Origin: Octopus vulgaris
Taxonomy: Eukaryota
NCBI GenBank assembly: GCA_951406725.2
Contig: OX597828.1
Coordinates: forward strand, 19,034,001-19,098,000
Direction: 5' to 3'
Length of the DNA: 64,000 nt
Every line of letters starts with the position of its first letter. Position 1 is the stretch's first letter. Below, piece after piece: positions 13,985 to 28,857 of this stretch. Under the pieces are notes generated by a model. That model was given only the letters and a program-made list of their open reading frames with translations. It was not told the origin of the DNA and searched no databases. Both the position numbers and the translations under genes were made by a program.

Positions 13985-15553
13985 CACAGGCAGAGATGTG
14001 TGGTTGAGAACCTTGCTTTGCTACCATGTGGTTTCAGCTTCAGTCCCAATGTGCAGTAGTCTTGTACAATAGCCCCAGGCCAACAAGAGGTATGTGTGTG
14101 GATTTGGTAAATGGAAACTAAAAGAAGCCTCTTCTATATATATTTTTTTATGTGTGTGTGTGTGTGTATATATAAGCATACCAGCATAGAAGACAGGCAT
14201 TAAATGAAGATTATGATGATGATGTGTGTGTGTGTCTGTGTACATATGTGTGTGTCTGTGTACATATGTGTGTGTCTGTGTGTGTATTTATGTTTCTATC
14301 TCCTTGTCTAGATATCACATGATAGTTGTAAATAAGTATAACTGTTATGCATATGATGTCTTTCACTTCAAAAATTTTGCGCAAACATGTCTGGTCATGG
14401 AGAAAATAATACCTTACTTTGAAAGAGGTGAGGGTTAGCAACAGGAAGGGCATCCAGCCTTAGAAAATCTGCCTCAGTAAACTCCATCTGGCCCATGCAA
14501 GCATGGAGACGTGGATGGCAAAAATAATGAGAATTAAAATGCTGAATGGATGAACAAGCACATATCAACTCCTATACAGAACACACACACACACATTAGC
14601 CTCACACATATACACATGTCTGTACACATTCACATATACACATGTCTATATACACATATACACTCACGCACACATATGTACTCACACACTCGTCCCCATT
14701 CATACATACACACTCACACACACACACCATTCTCACATACACACATACTCTTGTGCACCTTAGTTCATTGGGGTCATCATTACCATTATCATTATTATTA
14801 TCTCCCTTTTGTTCAGCCTCTTTTTTCCTGTCATCTTGCCATGTTGGACTGTTGAACTCTGCACATTTTTCTCTCTTCATTTTACCTCTCTTAATCCTCT
14901 TAATCAAAGGGCGTAGGCTTGAAATGTAAAAGACTTTTCCATTCTTCACCTGCTTGTTGTTCCTATACCTGTCTTCGTCTTTTGTTTTCTGTAAATTTGA
15001 ACTATACATATATATCAAATAATTACTGTGAAGTATTGTGTAGAATATATTGTATAAAAGATAGTAGGTAACACCAAAACAATGTGAAGTAAATACAAGG
15101 TAAATCACAAGAAAACAAATATGTGAATTAATGTAGACTTACCTTGTATTCAATATTTCGGGGTTATGACCCCATCTTCAAGAAATTGATGAATGTTGCT
15201 GATGTGAGTGTGTGTGGAGTAGACATGCCCACATATATACGTATATAATTCAAGTAACAAAAATAATCGAAATATATATATATGTCCCTTAAGTTCATTT
15301 ACAGGAAACGTTTTGAATATACACATAAAAGCTCTTATTCAATTGTGCTAGCTACAGCCTAATGATACCAACTGGGAATACCAGTTTTATTGCCCAAAGC
15401 AATGAATGCATGAACATGATCTACCCAATGTCCATGGATACTATGGATTGTACTGTAATTGTCCCAGCAATATGGACTATGATCTTAAGAAACATATAAT
15501 TTGTGGAAACGTGTGTAGCAATGCATTGAGCTATCTATAAATTCCATCCAAGG

Positions 15554-15612
<59 letters not shown>

Positions 15613-15637
15613 ACACACATACAGATTGATTGATAGA

Positions 15638-15696
<59 letters not shown>

Positions 15697-16039
15697 GTAT
15701 GTATGTATGTAGGGAAAGAGTGATGCTGATTATGTATATGAACAGAATGACCGCAGGGAAGGGTTTGACATCAGTAAATACAAATACACCACCATCTCAT
15801 GTGTAATTTAGTGAGTTCAAAAATTTTGATTAAATGAGAATTCCTTTGATCATAAGTCTTCTCCATCAGGACTGACAACCTGGGGCTAAATAACAACAAC
15901 AAAAACAACTAAAGCAACTTCCATAAATCAGTCGTCTATATCTACTTTCTCTAGATTAACAAATCAAATAGAAAACTTATTGATCTTTGCAAAGTATGTA
16001 TGAGTGAATACATATATGAGTAAGTACATACATACATAC

Positions 16040-16101
<62 letters not shown>

Positions 16102-17434
16102 TGAGTGAATGCATCTATATATATATGTGTGTGTGTGTATGTATGTATGTGAGAGAGAAAGAGACAGACAGACAGATTTTGTATTCTAAAGACAAATGCG
16201 TGGTTTCTCTAGTTTGACAGATAAAATGCAAAATTTCTTGATCTTTGCAAGGAGTATATATATTTATAAGTCCGTGATTGTCAATTCTATACAGACAAAT
16301 GCTTTCTCTAGATTAATAGATGAAGTATGATATGCACTGCTCTTTGCAGTGTGAGTCTCTACATACGTACATATGTGTGTGTGAGTGAGTGTCTGCATAA
16401 ATAAATATATATATATATGTATATATATATATACACACACACACATGCTTCATGTCTGTGACTTGAATACAACTGTCTCATCAGAAACATATCATTATAT
16501 CATCTATGTAACTTTGCACCAGTTTTCGTATGACTCTTTAAATTTAGTTTATTTGAATACACAGTAATATTTGCCCTCCACTCTACTCTCCCCCATACAC
16601 TCCAGTTTATAAGTTATAATAGGGCCATTATATCAGGCGTCAAATATAATACTTTGCTCAATAATTTTGTTAGCATAGCAAGACCGTTATAACATAGATT
16701 ACTGGATATATTTATTTGTTTGTCTTGTATTATTGTTATTATTTCATATCAATTTTTTATCCATTTTCTATTGCAACTTATGAACCACGGGCTGATCACA
16801 CTTTCACTGTATTACAAATGGTGGGAATGGAATGACCAGGGATTGTCCAACCTGATGTCTGCCAGGAACTGTGTTTGTAAAGCACTGCTTGTTGGGTTCT
16901 TTTCTATGATGTTAACCAATAAAAAATACTCAAATACCCCATTCACTCTTACTTAGGCCCTTGGTTCCTAAGTGGGTGTAGACTGTCAATGATCTCCTGA
17001 TATTAAGCTCTGTCTAGGGTCTTTCTATGCATTTGCCCTCATCAACTTCATCTAAATTTCACTTCATTTCCCAGGTCGCATTGCCCAAAGTCCTTTTCAC
17101 CTTCATCTACAATGCTTCATTTCTCGCATTGAAGGGTCCATCTGATTCCCAGAACTGTCAGATTTGCTTTAATTTCTTCACTGATGCTTTTATAGTGGCT
17201 GTGGGTTTTACAAGGCAAGGCTGCAAACCCCATGTCAACACCTCAGCCTATATAACAATGGACTACCCTTTAGTCTGGTTTCAACCTTTTCACCTTCCCA
17301 GCATGATTAAATATGTCAGGGAGGCTAAACTCTCCACCAGTATGGTTTTCAGGGTCTTAGAAATATGCAAGTTCCCCACTGCAGCTTGACAATAACCCAT
17401 GAAGCGGTGACATATGTACCTAAATAAATATATT

Positions 17435-17805
17435 CTTTTACTTTTTTGTTCTTTTATTTGTTTCTGTCATTTGACTACGACCATGCTGGAACACCACCTT
17501 AAAAGGTTCTTTAGTCAGAGAAATCGACCCCTGGATTTATATTCTCTGTAAGCCTAGTACTTATTCTACCTATCTGTTTTGCCAAGCCACTAAGTTACAG
17601 GGACATAAACACACAAACATTAACTGTCAAGCAATGGTGGGGGACAAACAAAGACACACACACAGATATATACAATGGGCTTCTTTCAGTTTCCATCTAC
17701 AAATCCACTGACAAAGCTTTGGTTGGCCCAAGGCTATAGTAGAAGACACTTGCCCAAGGTGCCATGCAGTGGGACTGAACCTGGAACCATCTGGTTGGGA
17801 AGCAA
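17435..17805 (-). mobile_element. SINE family A
   Basis: Same head, body and tail motifs as the other copies. Confidence 0.8.
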
Positions 17806-18324
17806 ATGGTAGTGAAGGTGCGTGACTTAGTGGTTAAGGTGTAGCACTCACAGTTGCAAGATCATGGGTTCAGTTCTCAGACTGGGCATTGTGTTGTGTT
17901 CTTAAGCAAGGCATTTCATTTCATGTTGCTGTGCAATCATTTCAACATCTGACATGTGGCACCCATTGCACCTGTACAGGTAATGTCGATCTGGTGGAGG
18001 GAGTGAGCTTATGGGTACACAAACAATTGATCCCGATAATTAAATCATCTGTATAGTTGTTCAGTTAGAAATTGCCGAACCCTCATATGTCATCTAATGA
18101 TGAGAGAGTCCTTCATATATCATGAGCACGCACAGCAAAAACACACACACCAGATATATACAATCATGCACCTATGATACAGCAATTACACACATGCACA
18201 CCAGCAGCTGGTGTTGCTGACAATTCTCTCTAGATACTTTAGACAGTGAGGCACCATCAACATTCCATCCAACCATGCAATCCTAAACATACATATCAAA
18301 AATTCTATCCGTATCTGATGTCGA

Positions 18325-18555
18325 TACTCTTTACACTTTTACTTGTTTCAGTCATTTGACTGCGGCCATGCTGGAGCACCACCTTTAGTCAAGCAAATCG
18401 ACACCAGGACTTATTCTTTGTAAGCCTAGTACTTATTCTATTGGTCTCTTTTGCTGAATTGCTAAGTTACAGGGATGTAAACACACCAGCACCGGTTGTC
18501 AAGCAATGTTGGGGGGGACAAACACAGACACACAAACATATACACACATACGTAC

Positions 18556-18602
<47 letters not shown>

Positions 18603-18680
18603 ACAGGTTTCTTTCTACCAAATCCACTTACAAGGCTTTGGTCGGCCCGAGGCTATAGTAGAAGATAAGCACAGCCACTC
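18325..18680 (-). mobile_element. SINE family A (5' part deleted)
   Basis: Same body and tail motifs. Confidence 0.8.
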
Positions 18681-19117
18681 CTACGCCTATATTGTATAAA
18701 TACTAATATCCACAACACCTCACACCTTGAGTGATAGCAGCTCAATCTTCAGTGGCCATCTTGAACTTTCTCCATTTGGTCATTTAAGCTCGAAGAGCTA
18801 GGTTCATTTTATGAGCCCACAAAACTTTAAGTTGAACAGAGCCAAATCAAACAGTTATCAAATAATACATACATGCACATAAAACCCCTCATGGAGGCAA
18901 TGACAAATGACTTTTGGCAATATGTTGTCCCTGAGAAGACCCTTCTAGCCAAGGGAAATCGTAGTCATGGCAGATAATGGTGTCATGCAACTAGCACTCT
19001 TGGAAACCATGCCAAATTAGACTGGCATCTGGTGCAACCCCACTTCTTACCAGCCCTGGTCAAACTGTCCAACCCATGCCAGCATGGACAACATACATTA
19101 AATGATGATGATGATAT

Positions 19118-19173
<56 letters not shown>

Positions 19174-21519
19174 GTTTGGTAAATGGCACTTGCCAAAAAT
19201 GTTATGCTGTGGAATCGAAACCAGAGCGATCTGATTGCAGAGTAAACTCAAACTCCTAAACTATTCACCCAAGCCTGTGTCTGTACCTCTCTTTCCCACC
19301 TCTCCCAACCACTACATTCAAGTGATTTGATTATAAAAGGTAAAAATAAAATTCAACTCAATAAACAAAATTTTGTGATGACAGAAGTTCACTGAGTTTG
19401 CTTGCGTTTCTTTTACAAAGAAATTCATTGAGATTTTTCGAATAAACACGAATAAACATCTTTCTTAAAGTTTTATCTTTTCTCTTTTCTCTTGAACAGA
19501 AAATTTATCTCTAAGCTTATAAAAGTAGTCTTTGGTTGTTGTTTTTATATTTGTTTTTTTCTTTTTTCTAGTTCTGTAAACAAACCGAAATAATTCTGTC
19601 GAGAATTTAGCTCGTTCTTTAAACAAGTTGAAATAATTTGGTCAAAAATTTAGCTAGTTCTTTAAACAAGCTACATCAATTTGGTTTGAAATATCATAAA
19701 ATACACTTAAACTGAAAGCAGCCTGTGTAGGAAATGTTATATTTGGTTATGAAAATGAGTGATAGATGCATATCTTCTGCCACTGGAGAGGAATGATCTG
19801 TGTATAAAAAGATATGAAGTGTATTGGAAGTTAATTGTTCTGGAAGGGCAAGTGAAATTGAATGTGGTTAGAAATACCCATCATAACTGAATCTTCTAGG
19901 GAGGTTAGACTCCCTACGAATATAATTTTCAGTCATACTACAGAAGTATTTAGTTCAATACACTAACAATTTAGTTGATCTGCTATTCTGCACTAGTTAG
20001 TTTAGTTTTTTGGCCCTGCAAGGTTGGAAAACAAAGTTGAGCCTGGTGGGATTTGAACTCAGGATGTAAAAAGCCAGAGCAAATATGAGTAGGCATTTTA
20101 TTCAACACACTAACCATTCTGCCAATCTACTATTCAGGATTAGTATTTTAGTATTTTATTTGATAATCCCCAGAAAGCTGAAAAGCAAAGTTGACCCTGG
20201 TGAGATTTGAACTTAGAATGTAAAGATTCACACAAGTACCAATTCCACAAAGCTTTTTACCTTGTGTTCTAATAATTCTGCCAATCTATCACCCTGGACT
20301 GGAACCTTATTTTATTGGCTCCACTTCCAGTTTCCTGAAGGATGAACAGCAAAGATGTTTCCAGTAAGACTTTGGTGCAAAAACTGGATTAAATACCACA
20401 ACGTATTTTTTTCTGACATTCTGACAATTCTGCTAATTCACCTGCCTTTAACTACTAGTTAAAGGCAGGTTGTATATATATTATATATATGACGGGCTTC
20501 TTTCAGTTTCCGTCTACCAAATCCATTCACAAGGCTTTGGTCGGCTCGAGGCTATAGTAGAAGACACATGCCCAAGGTGCCACGCAGTGGGACTGAACCT
20601 TAAACCATGTGGTTGGTAAGCAAGCTACTTACCACACAGCCACTGTGTCCTTTTCTAACTTAAGACAAAAAGTGTGTGATTTGGCAGGCAGACAGATTTG
20701 CCTGCTGTTTCTAACAGGTTGAGCAACCATGTAGAGACCCTTTCTTTCAAACTAACACTGTAAAGAGTTAGTAATTAATTGCTGTGAGGCATTTAGTCTG
20801 GTGCCCAACAGATTCTTTGATTCATCCCACCCACCCACCCGCCACTGCCCAGATGAAAGGAAATAATGCAACAGATTTAGTCACTCTGGTATGTTTGGTT
20901 TGTGATGGAAAGAGGAAATATTTCTGCTGTCAGGCAAAAACTCCTCCATCAAAGAATGACAGAATATGAGAATATACCATTCTCTGAGATAGTGTTCTGC
21001 CAAGAAAAATACATTAATTATTTCCTCATCTTACATCAATCTAACATCTTTTCTTTTTTTTTTTTTTTTTCTTCTAAACTTCTGATGATCTGTGTCAGTA
21101 AATAGTAAGTAGAAACATTAAACAATGCAGAATAAATTATGTTGCTGCGATAACAAAGTGAAGTCTAACGTTTTGGATTACAATCCTTCATCAAAGAGCT
21201 GTGAAGAGAGAAATATATCTGTCATATCTTCAGGAAGAGTTAGTTCTTCATCAAAGAATGCTAGAATATGAGAATATTCTATTCTTTGATGTAGTGTTCT
21301 GTCAAAAGAAAATTAAATATTTCCTCTTCTGGCATCAATCTAAGTGACATAACCTCATTTTTATTAATGACTGTAGTTCAGAGGTTTGCTTCCCAACCAA
21401 ATGGTTTCAAGTTCACTCCCACTGTGTGGCGCCTTAGCCAATATCTTTTCCTATAGCCCCAGGCTGACCAAAGCCTTGAGTAAATTTGGCAGATGAAAAG
21501 TCCAATATATATTTGTATA

Positions 21520-21832
<313 letters not shown>

Positions 21833-22679
21833 GTTAAATTTAAAGGTTTAACCTTTTTTTTAAAGGTATTTTTTAATATGCTGGCCATTGATAGAATTTA
21901 TTTTCGAAAAATTCTATCCTATATTAGATATATATATACATATACTTTACCAAATGTGTCTAAACTACTAGAATCCCACCATCAGCATATAACTTGAAGC
22001 AAAAATGAAATGTAAATCTGGGAACTGGTGAAGCACCTTACGTAACCTGATGAGGCTCTTTTGCAATGTGCATTGCATCTGGTGTTATTACATCATTCCA
22101 TATCCACTAGGGAGCAGTGCAGAATGAATCCAAAACGATTGCTGTGCCTCTAGTTACACTCCACCTTTCGTATTAACCTTTTAATATATATATATATATT
22201 CTTATACTTTTATTTGTTTCAGTCATTTGACTGTGGCTATGCTGGAGCACCACCTTTAGTCGAGCAAATCAACCTTAGCACTTATTCTTTGTAAGCCTAG
22301 TACTTATTCTATCGTTCTCTTTTGCCAAACTGCTAAAATATTTATATAGTATTAACTGTACTGACTCTTGTCAACACAGACACCACAAAAATCCTCCAAT
22401 TCACGTAATTCTCTTCATTAAGACAGACATACCAGTTTTTCTCAAAGTAGACTCTGAGGAACCACAAAGCCTCCATGAAAATATCTCTGGGTTCTACAAG
22501 ATAAGATGTCTGCTGTGAATAAAATTTAACAAAAAAAATTTATTTTATAGAAAAAACAAAAATGACATTCACCATTTTCAAAATAATTTATTCATACATA
22601 TGACATGCTTCTGATGATCAGCTTTTGTACGGACAACATTCCTTTCTACATTGATCCTTTCGTATTTAAACCAACCACG

Positions 22680-23024
22680 TCCTGCCCAAATATCCTGTTT
22701 TATATTCAAACCAGCCAGATCTAACCTCTCACATGTACCCAACAATATCATTCTAAAATTAAACAATTCCATCATTGAAATCTCAAAGCTATAAGATAAT
22801 CTGTGTTCAATTCAAAACAGTGCGAATAAACAAACATTACATTTGACAGATTAATCCAGATGTGAAAGGGTTAAGAGGAGGCTTTCCATTTAACATACCC
22901 TTGATAAAGTAATTTGAATGTTTAAGGGTTAAGGACACGGAAGAAATAATGCCTGATTAATTCAAAACAATGTGAATAAATGAGTGTTTCATTTAACAGA
23001 ATAATCTAAATGCTAAAGGGTTAA
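22680..23024. mobile_element. piggyBac-like MITE ends (AGGG|TTAA)
   Basis: Three agggttaa ends at ~22873, ~22932 and ~23024. The internal sequence matches the element starting ttaaccctttagcat at ~62072. Confidence 0.5.
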
Positions 23025-23594
23025 GTTAAGGCAGGATTAGAAGTTTGAATGGTAAACCAAAGAGTAAAGAAGAAAATACATAGAATATTGAGTATTTCTT
23101 TTCTCTTATATCATCATCATCGTCATCATAATCATTCCGTTGTCCGTGCCAGCATGGGTTGGACAGCTTGATCAGAGCTAGGAAACTGGAGAGCTGCACC
23201 AGGCTTCAACTGCTCTGGCAAAGTTTCAATGGTTGGATGCCCTTCCTAACAACAACAACTTTACAGAGTGGATGCTTCTACATGGCACCGAATGGGCGCT
23301 TTTAAATGGCACCTCATGACACTTTCATGTGGTGTTGCATGGGTGCTTTTACATGGCACTGCCATGGGTGCTTTTTACATGGCACCAGCACAGGAATCTT
23401 GCAGGTTAATCCCGACCACTAGGCAAGGCCAGTCTTCATCTTAAAATTTACACTCAGCTTCCCCACCAGGAACTCACATCCATTCTTGTATACTGCAAGT
23501 AGCCATGTGTCTCTTCCACAGCAAGAAACTCTCATACATTTTATACCTCAACTCCTAGCATAAAGCCATGTTCCTCTCTGCTGTAGTTGACCCT

Positions 23595-23831
23595 TGTTAT
23601 TTCTTTATTGCCCACAAGGGGCTAAACATAGAGGGGACAAACAAGGACAGACAAAGGGATTAAGTTGATTACACTGACCCCAGTGTGTAACTGGTACTTA
23701 ATTTATCGACCTCGAAAGGATGAAAGGCAAAGTCGATCTCGGCGGAATTTGAACTCAGAACATGACGGCAGACGAAATACCGCTAAGCATTTCGCCTGGC
23801 ACGCTGACGCTTCTGCCAGCCCGCCGCCTTA
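23595..23831 (-). mobile_element. SINE family B
   Basis: Reverse complement: aaggcggcgggctggcagaa...gagttcaaattccgccgag...gcctttcatcctttcgaggtcgataaattaagtaccag. Many copies. Confidence 0.85.
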
Positions 23832-23959
23832 AAGAGTCAACTGTAGTTGGCCCTTGTAGGATTTGAACTCAGAACATAAAGGCATGTAATTGAAAGCCAC
23901 AATGTTTTTTTTTGTCAAGTGCACAAATGATGCTGTTTTCTACTGTCTTCAATAATGAA

Positions 23960-24097
23960 ATCTTATAATAAGATTTAATTATGATAAATAAATAAATCAT
24001 CTAATAAGATTTAATTATAAGAAATAAATAAATCTTCTAATAATAAAGATTTATTTATTATAATAATTAAATCTTACAATAATAAGATTTAATTAAA
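23960..24097. repeat. AT-rich minisatellite (~35-bp unit taataagatttaattat...aaataaataaatc) with partial inversion
   Basis: Repeated aataagatttaatta units. Confidence 0.7.
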
Positions 24098-25016
24098 ATG
24101 TGTGTGTGTGTGTATTTACGCATGGGTTTTTGTTTTTGTTGTTTTTCCTTTTTTATCAAAGCATTTGTTCCATGCTGTGCTTGATCTTATTAAGTTCTTG
24201 CTCTTATCGACACATTTCTCTGGCACTAACATTGGGACCCTATAACCATTAGCTGGGTTTTGGAGGACCCATTTTCTCCCATGTGCAGGTAGGATATATG
24301 AGGAGAAATTTAACCCTTTTGATACAAACCCCCAACTAAGACTACCTGTGGTTCATTAGGATATAAACTTTCTATTTTAAAGTGATCAAAATTAAAACTT
24401 TCCATCAGACCTTCAATAAACCACATATCTACATTAAATGCATCCCATGCAGGCACACAAAACACACAGATTATCTAACTGAATTCCTTTCTCAAGACTC
24501 GGGTCCTGTCCCTTCTTCCTTTCACTAGACAGTGCATCCCAGCAAAAAAACCCTCTATCCTATGGTGCAGTAAGTTTGACACTCCATTGAACAGTAATGT
24601 TCTTGCCTGATGATCACTGTGGCATGAAACTGGAGTCATGCAAAAGCAATTCTGTTTACATAAATGCAATACTTTATAACATAAGTTGAGTATAGCATGT
24701 ATTGAGTAAACCCTACACTTTATAAGTTATATTTTGCTGGCAAAAAAGACACTGTGTGTGTGTGTGTTTCTGTTTGTGTTAATGATGGACCCTGAAAACC
24801 TGGTTTACTGATTCACCTACAAAAAGAAAAGAACCACTTGAGTCCCTAATGATGTCCCAACATAACCCAGTCTTTAACAATAAAAGGTTCCACTAATATT
24901 TACTAACATTTTAAACTAATTGAAACAAAAACCTGATTACTCTTTCAATATATAAGTCGACATTTTATTTACATTATTTACATTTGACGGATATTTGTCC
25001 TCATCTTGTTTGTTGT

Positions 25017-25064
25017 TAACACAACATTTCGGCTGATATACCCTCCAGCCTTCATCAGGTGTCT
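25017..25064 (-). ncRNA. Hammerhead ribozyme motif in a Penelope-like repeat (~24962-25110)
   Basis: Reverse complement: GACAC CTGATGA A GGCTG gagggtatat CAGCC GAAA TGTT GTGTT. Confidence 0.6.
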
Positions 25065-25110
25065 TGGGGAAATTTCAAACCTGGGTTCTCATTCCTAAGG
25101 TATTTTTCGG

Positions 25111-25142
<32 letters not shown>

Positions 25143-25148
<6 letters not shown>

Positions 25149-25218
25149 TCAGTGCCTGGAATCAAACTCAGAATCTTGGAGTTAGTAGCCCGCACTCTTA
25201 ACCACTTTGCCATATGCC
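25143..25218 (-). pseudogene. tRNA-like element (SINE head or tRNA retrocopy) with (TAA)n tail
   Basis: Reverse complement ggcatatggcaaagtggttaagagtgcgggctactaactccaagattctgagtttgattccaggc has A/B-box-like motifs but a poor acceptor stem. Confidence 0.5.
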
Positions 25219-25864
25219 GATGTCCACATTTTGTCGTGTCTGTTTTCATCTTTGTACCTTCTCTGTCCACTAATGGTCTTGTCTTGAATCACATTTATAT
25301 TGTATTTGCATGTTCACTTTCTGCTTCTCATATTTACATATTTCTTGTTTGTTTGTTTGTTCACTTTCTATCATGTTTGGTCCCTTGTTCATTGGCTTGC
25401 CATTTCTCAGTGGCTTCTTGTTGTTGGCACCACCAGAAGAGACCAATATTATCATTGAAGGTGTAAATTGCATTTGACCCTCTGGCCGAAAACTGATGAG
25501 GATTTGGTGACCTTTTCTGTGTCAGTTTTCCATTTGTTTGTATATTGATTACATGTTTTTTTTTAACTTACTATATATATATTCTAAGATAATCTTTTGT
25601 CTTAGAATTAAGAAATACTGATTTAATGAAGTTTTGGAGTATATTGTTACAAGGTGGCTAATCAGCAGAAAGCATGAAAGTATCAGAGAAAAAGGTTTTG
25701 CAGAATTCACACCAGCGCTCAACATCGTAACACCCCACCTCCCCCAGTATTTCACTGGTACTTAATTTATTGATCCTGAAAGGATGAAAGGCAAAGTAGA
25801 TCTCAGCAGAATTTGAACTCCGAACGTAAAAACAGACAAAATGTTGTTAAGCATGTATATTTAT

Positions 25865-25913
<49 letters not shown>

Positions 25914-25951
25914 CATATATATATATATATATACATACATACATACATACA

Positions 25952-26055
<104 letters not shown>

Positions 26056-26061
26056 CATATA

Positions 26062-26333
26062 TCATCATCATCATCATTTAGCGTCCGTTTTCCATGCTAG
26101 CATGGGTTGGACGGTTCTGCTGGGGTCTGTGAAGCCAGAAGGCTTCATCAGGCCCAGTCAAATCTGGCAGTGTTTCTACGGCTGGATGCCCTTCCTAACG
26201 CCAACCACTCCGTGAGTGTAGTGGGTGCTTTTACGTGCCACCCGCACTGGTGCCAGCCAGAGCTGGCAAACGGCCACGAACGGATGGTGCTTTTTATGTG
26301 CCACCGGCACGAGGGCCAGGCAAGGCTGGCAAC

Positions 26334-26335
<2 letters not shown>
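26062..26335 (-). mobile_element. Family D retroelement
   Basis: Near-identical to 8413-8725. Confidence 0.78.
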
Positions 26336-26389
<54 letters not shown>

Positions 26390-27215
26390 TATTTTAATAT
26401 TTATTAAACGGTAAAGATGATGAACATGCCTTATATTCAATTAATCCCATAATCCCATTAAATAAAATTTCTCACGAGTAATTTTATAGATAAAACTGAA
26501 CATTTATCTCCCTCTATTTTCATAATTACCATTATATATTAACATATATTATTGTGAACATTTCCTGCCATCAGATTTTCTAAATATGAATATATTTATT
26601 ATATTTAATGCATTCATACAAATGAGGTGGAAAAGCAGAATTGTTAAAAAAGCAGATAAATTCAGGGTGGGGAGCTGATATGAGATTTTTGTGTATACAT
26701 ATATTTGCGAGATATGTAGATACTTTTTTCTTTTTTTTTTCTTTTTTTTTTTTTTTGTTTTGTTAAAATGGTATTAAAATATATGAAGTTGTCTATATAA
26801 ATGGGAATATCTTTAGTATCTCTAATATGCTCGTACAGTTGAGGTGCAAAAAAGCAAAACTGTCAAACAGCAGATTAATTTTCGCATGTTAATATAACGA
26901 AATGTTTATGAATATTGAATGCACTGGAGAAGATATTGCAGGTTTTTTGGGGAGGTTTTTTTTTTTTCATTGTCGTTATTTTATATCATTGTAATGCTAA
27001 TGTCAAACATTGATTTGGGGGGGGGGCCTCTCCAGATCATTATATTGTCAATTATGCCAGTGTGACTGTGTGGTTAAGAAGCTCATTTTGCAACTGCATA
27101 GTTTCTGGTTCAGTCCCACTGCATGGCACCTTGAGTAAGTGTCTTCTACTGTAGCTCCAGGCTGACCAAAGGTTTTTGAGTGGCTCTGTTTGAAGAAAAT
27201 GAAAAGAAGCCCATC

Positions 27216-27254
<39 letters not shown>

Positions 27255-27345
27255 TAGATAGATAGATAGATATGTATATATGTATATATATGTGTGTGTT
27301 TATATATATATATATATATATAGATAAATATAATATATGTTTGTA

Positions 27346-27385
<40 letters not shown>

Positions 27386-27554
27386 CTTTCTTATGAAATA
27401 TATATAACTACTAAAAAGAAGTGCTTGGGTCAAACCCGAGACAAAAGATAGAAATTAAAATATAAACTCAAATTAGGCAATCATGCTCATACATTTTAAG
27501 TCAAATTTATAAATGTATGAGTATGATTGCCTAATCTGAGTTTATTTCTTAATT

Positions 27555-27592
<38 letters not shown>

Positions 27593-27649
27593 GATAGATA
27601 GATAGATAGATATGTATGTATTCATATGTGTGTGTGTGTGCATGTATGA

Positions 27650-27850
27650 GCACCACCAGCAAAAATATTTTTTCCTCTGTCTTCCCTTCTTGGGATCTTT
27701 CCTTCTCCTTGTTTCCGACGAAGAGCTCTGCTCGAAACGTTAAACCCTCCTTCCCTTCTTTCCTGAGCGTCAATAATACTTTAATTGTTCCACGTCCTCG
27801 CGTTGCTGTGTTTTTTTATCTTTTTTTCTGTGTTTTCTTGTTTGGATTAA
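27650..27850 (+). mobile_element. Penelope-like repeat, same family as ~12385-12580, with a mutated hammerhead core
   Basis: GTTT CCGACGA A GAGC TCT GCTC GAAACGTT AAAC at 27711-27745. Flanks are the reverse complement of ~12385-12570. Confidence 0.6.
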
Positions 27851-28169
27851 CCAGTATTGGTTTGTTTACATCTCTATAACTTAACAGTTCAGCTAAAGAT
27901 ACTGATAGAGTAAGTACCAGACTTTTGATTTAATACTTGGGTTTGTTTGTTTACCTACAGTTATTCAAAGCAGTGCCCCAGCATGGCCACAGTCCAAGGT
28001 GGGATTTAAGCTACAAATGACCAAGAGTCACATGACTCAATAAGCTGTGGCAATTTAGTCTAAAGTGCTTCTGTTCTAAATACCACAAATACCTTGCTGT
28101 GGACTTGAACTCACAACTTATGGGCGAGTAGTCTTATACTTTACCCACTTAGCCATCCTAATCCAAATA

Positions 28170-28425
28170 TCTATTATATAAAATCCATTCTGTCTGTCTG
28201 TGTATGTGTCTTCTAGGATCTCAGGCATCCTTCCATCTGATTGCATTCAAATTTGATATGTAGATACCGACAGTATAAGTGCGTGTATAAGTCTTGAAGA
28301 AATTACAAGAATCGATTCCAGGTGAGAATGCGCTCGATAAAGTGAATAAAATCGTTTTTCTTTGGAATAGAAAAAAGTCTATCTTTATTTCTTCTTTTGC
28401 TGGTGTCTCAAATTTAGGTTAAATC
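28170..28425 (+). mobile_element. Helitron-like 5' end (second family)
   Basis: A|TCTATTATATAAAA followed by ctgtctgtctgtgt, typical of small Helitron 5' ends. A similar end lies on the minus strand ending at 42692. 3' boundary uncertain. Confidence 0.45.
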
Positions 28426-28857
28426 AGTGTTTCTCAAAGGGGAGGCCTATGGGACGGTTGGACAAGTTGTTTTGAGAAAATTTGGTTTAAATGTTTGACA
28501 ACTCAGCACTGTCCATTGGACAGTGGGGGGGCGTTTTACTCGTATATATATATCTGTATCTTTACATCATTTGGCTGGCATTTAGTAATTCTTTTATTCT
28601 TTTCTTTTACATTTTCAGACATGGTTTAATCTTGCCATCAATGAAGTCTGAATTTAGATGACTTATATGCGTTGTTGCCGACTAACATTAGCCGTTTTTA
28701 CGAGAAGGTAATGGAATTAATTTAGCATAAATATAAATAATTGCAAAAATAAAAAGAAAAACAAAGTATCTTTACTACTGATCTTTCCTTTCATTGTTCC
28801 ATGATTAAAATTAGTACCAGTAATATACTGAGGTCATATGTAATATTGAATAGTCGT

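Noticed and set aside
25143-25218. Functional tRNA gene
   Set aside because: Acceptor stem does not pair, B box is degenerate, and there is a (TAA)n tail; SINE-like.
25490-25510. CTGATGAG as a hammerhead core
   Set aside because: No stem II followed by GAAA could be found downstream.
28619-28707. Exon-like segment (ttttcAG ... AAG|GTAATG)
   Set aside because: Lies within or next to Helitron/hAT-derived sequence and has no coding similarity; cannot be supported as a plexin UTR exon without transcripts.
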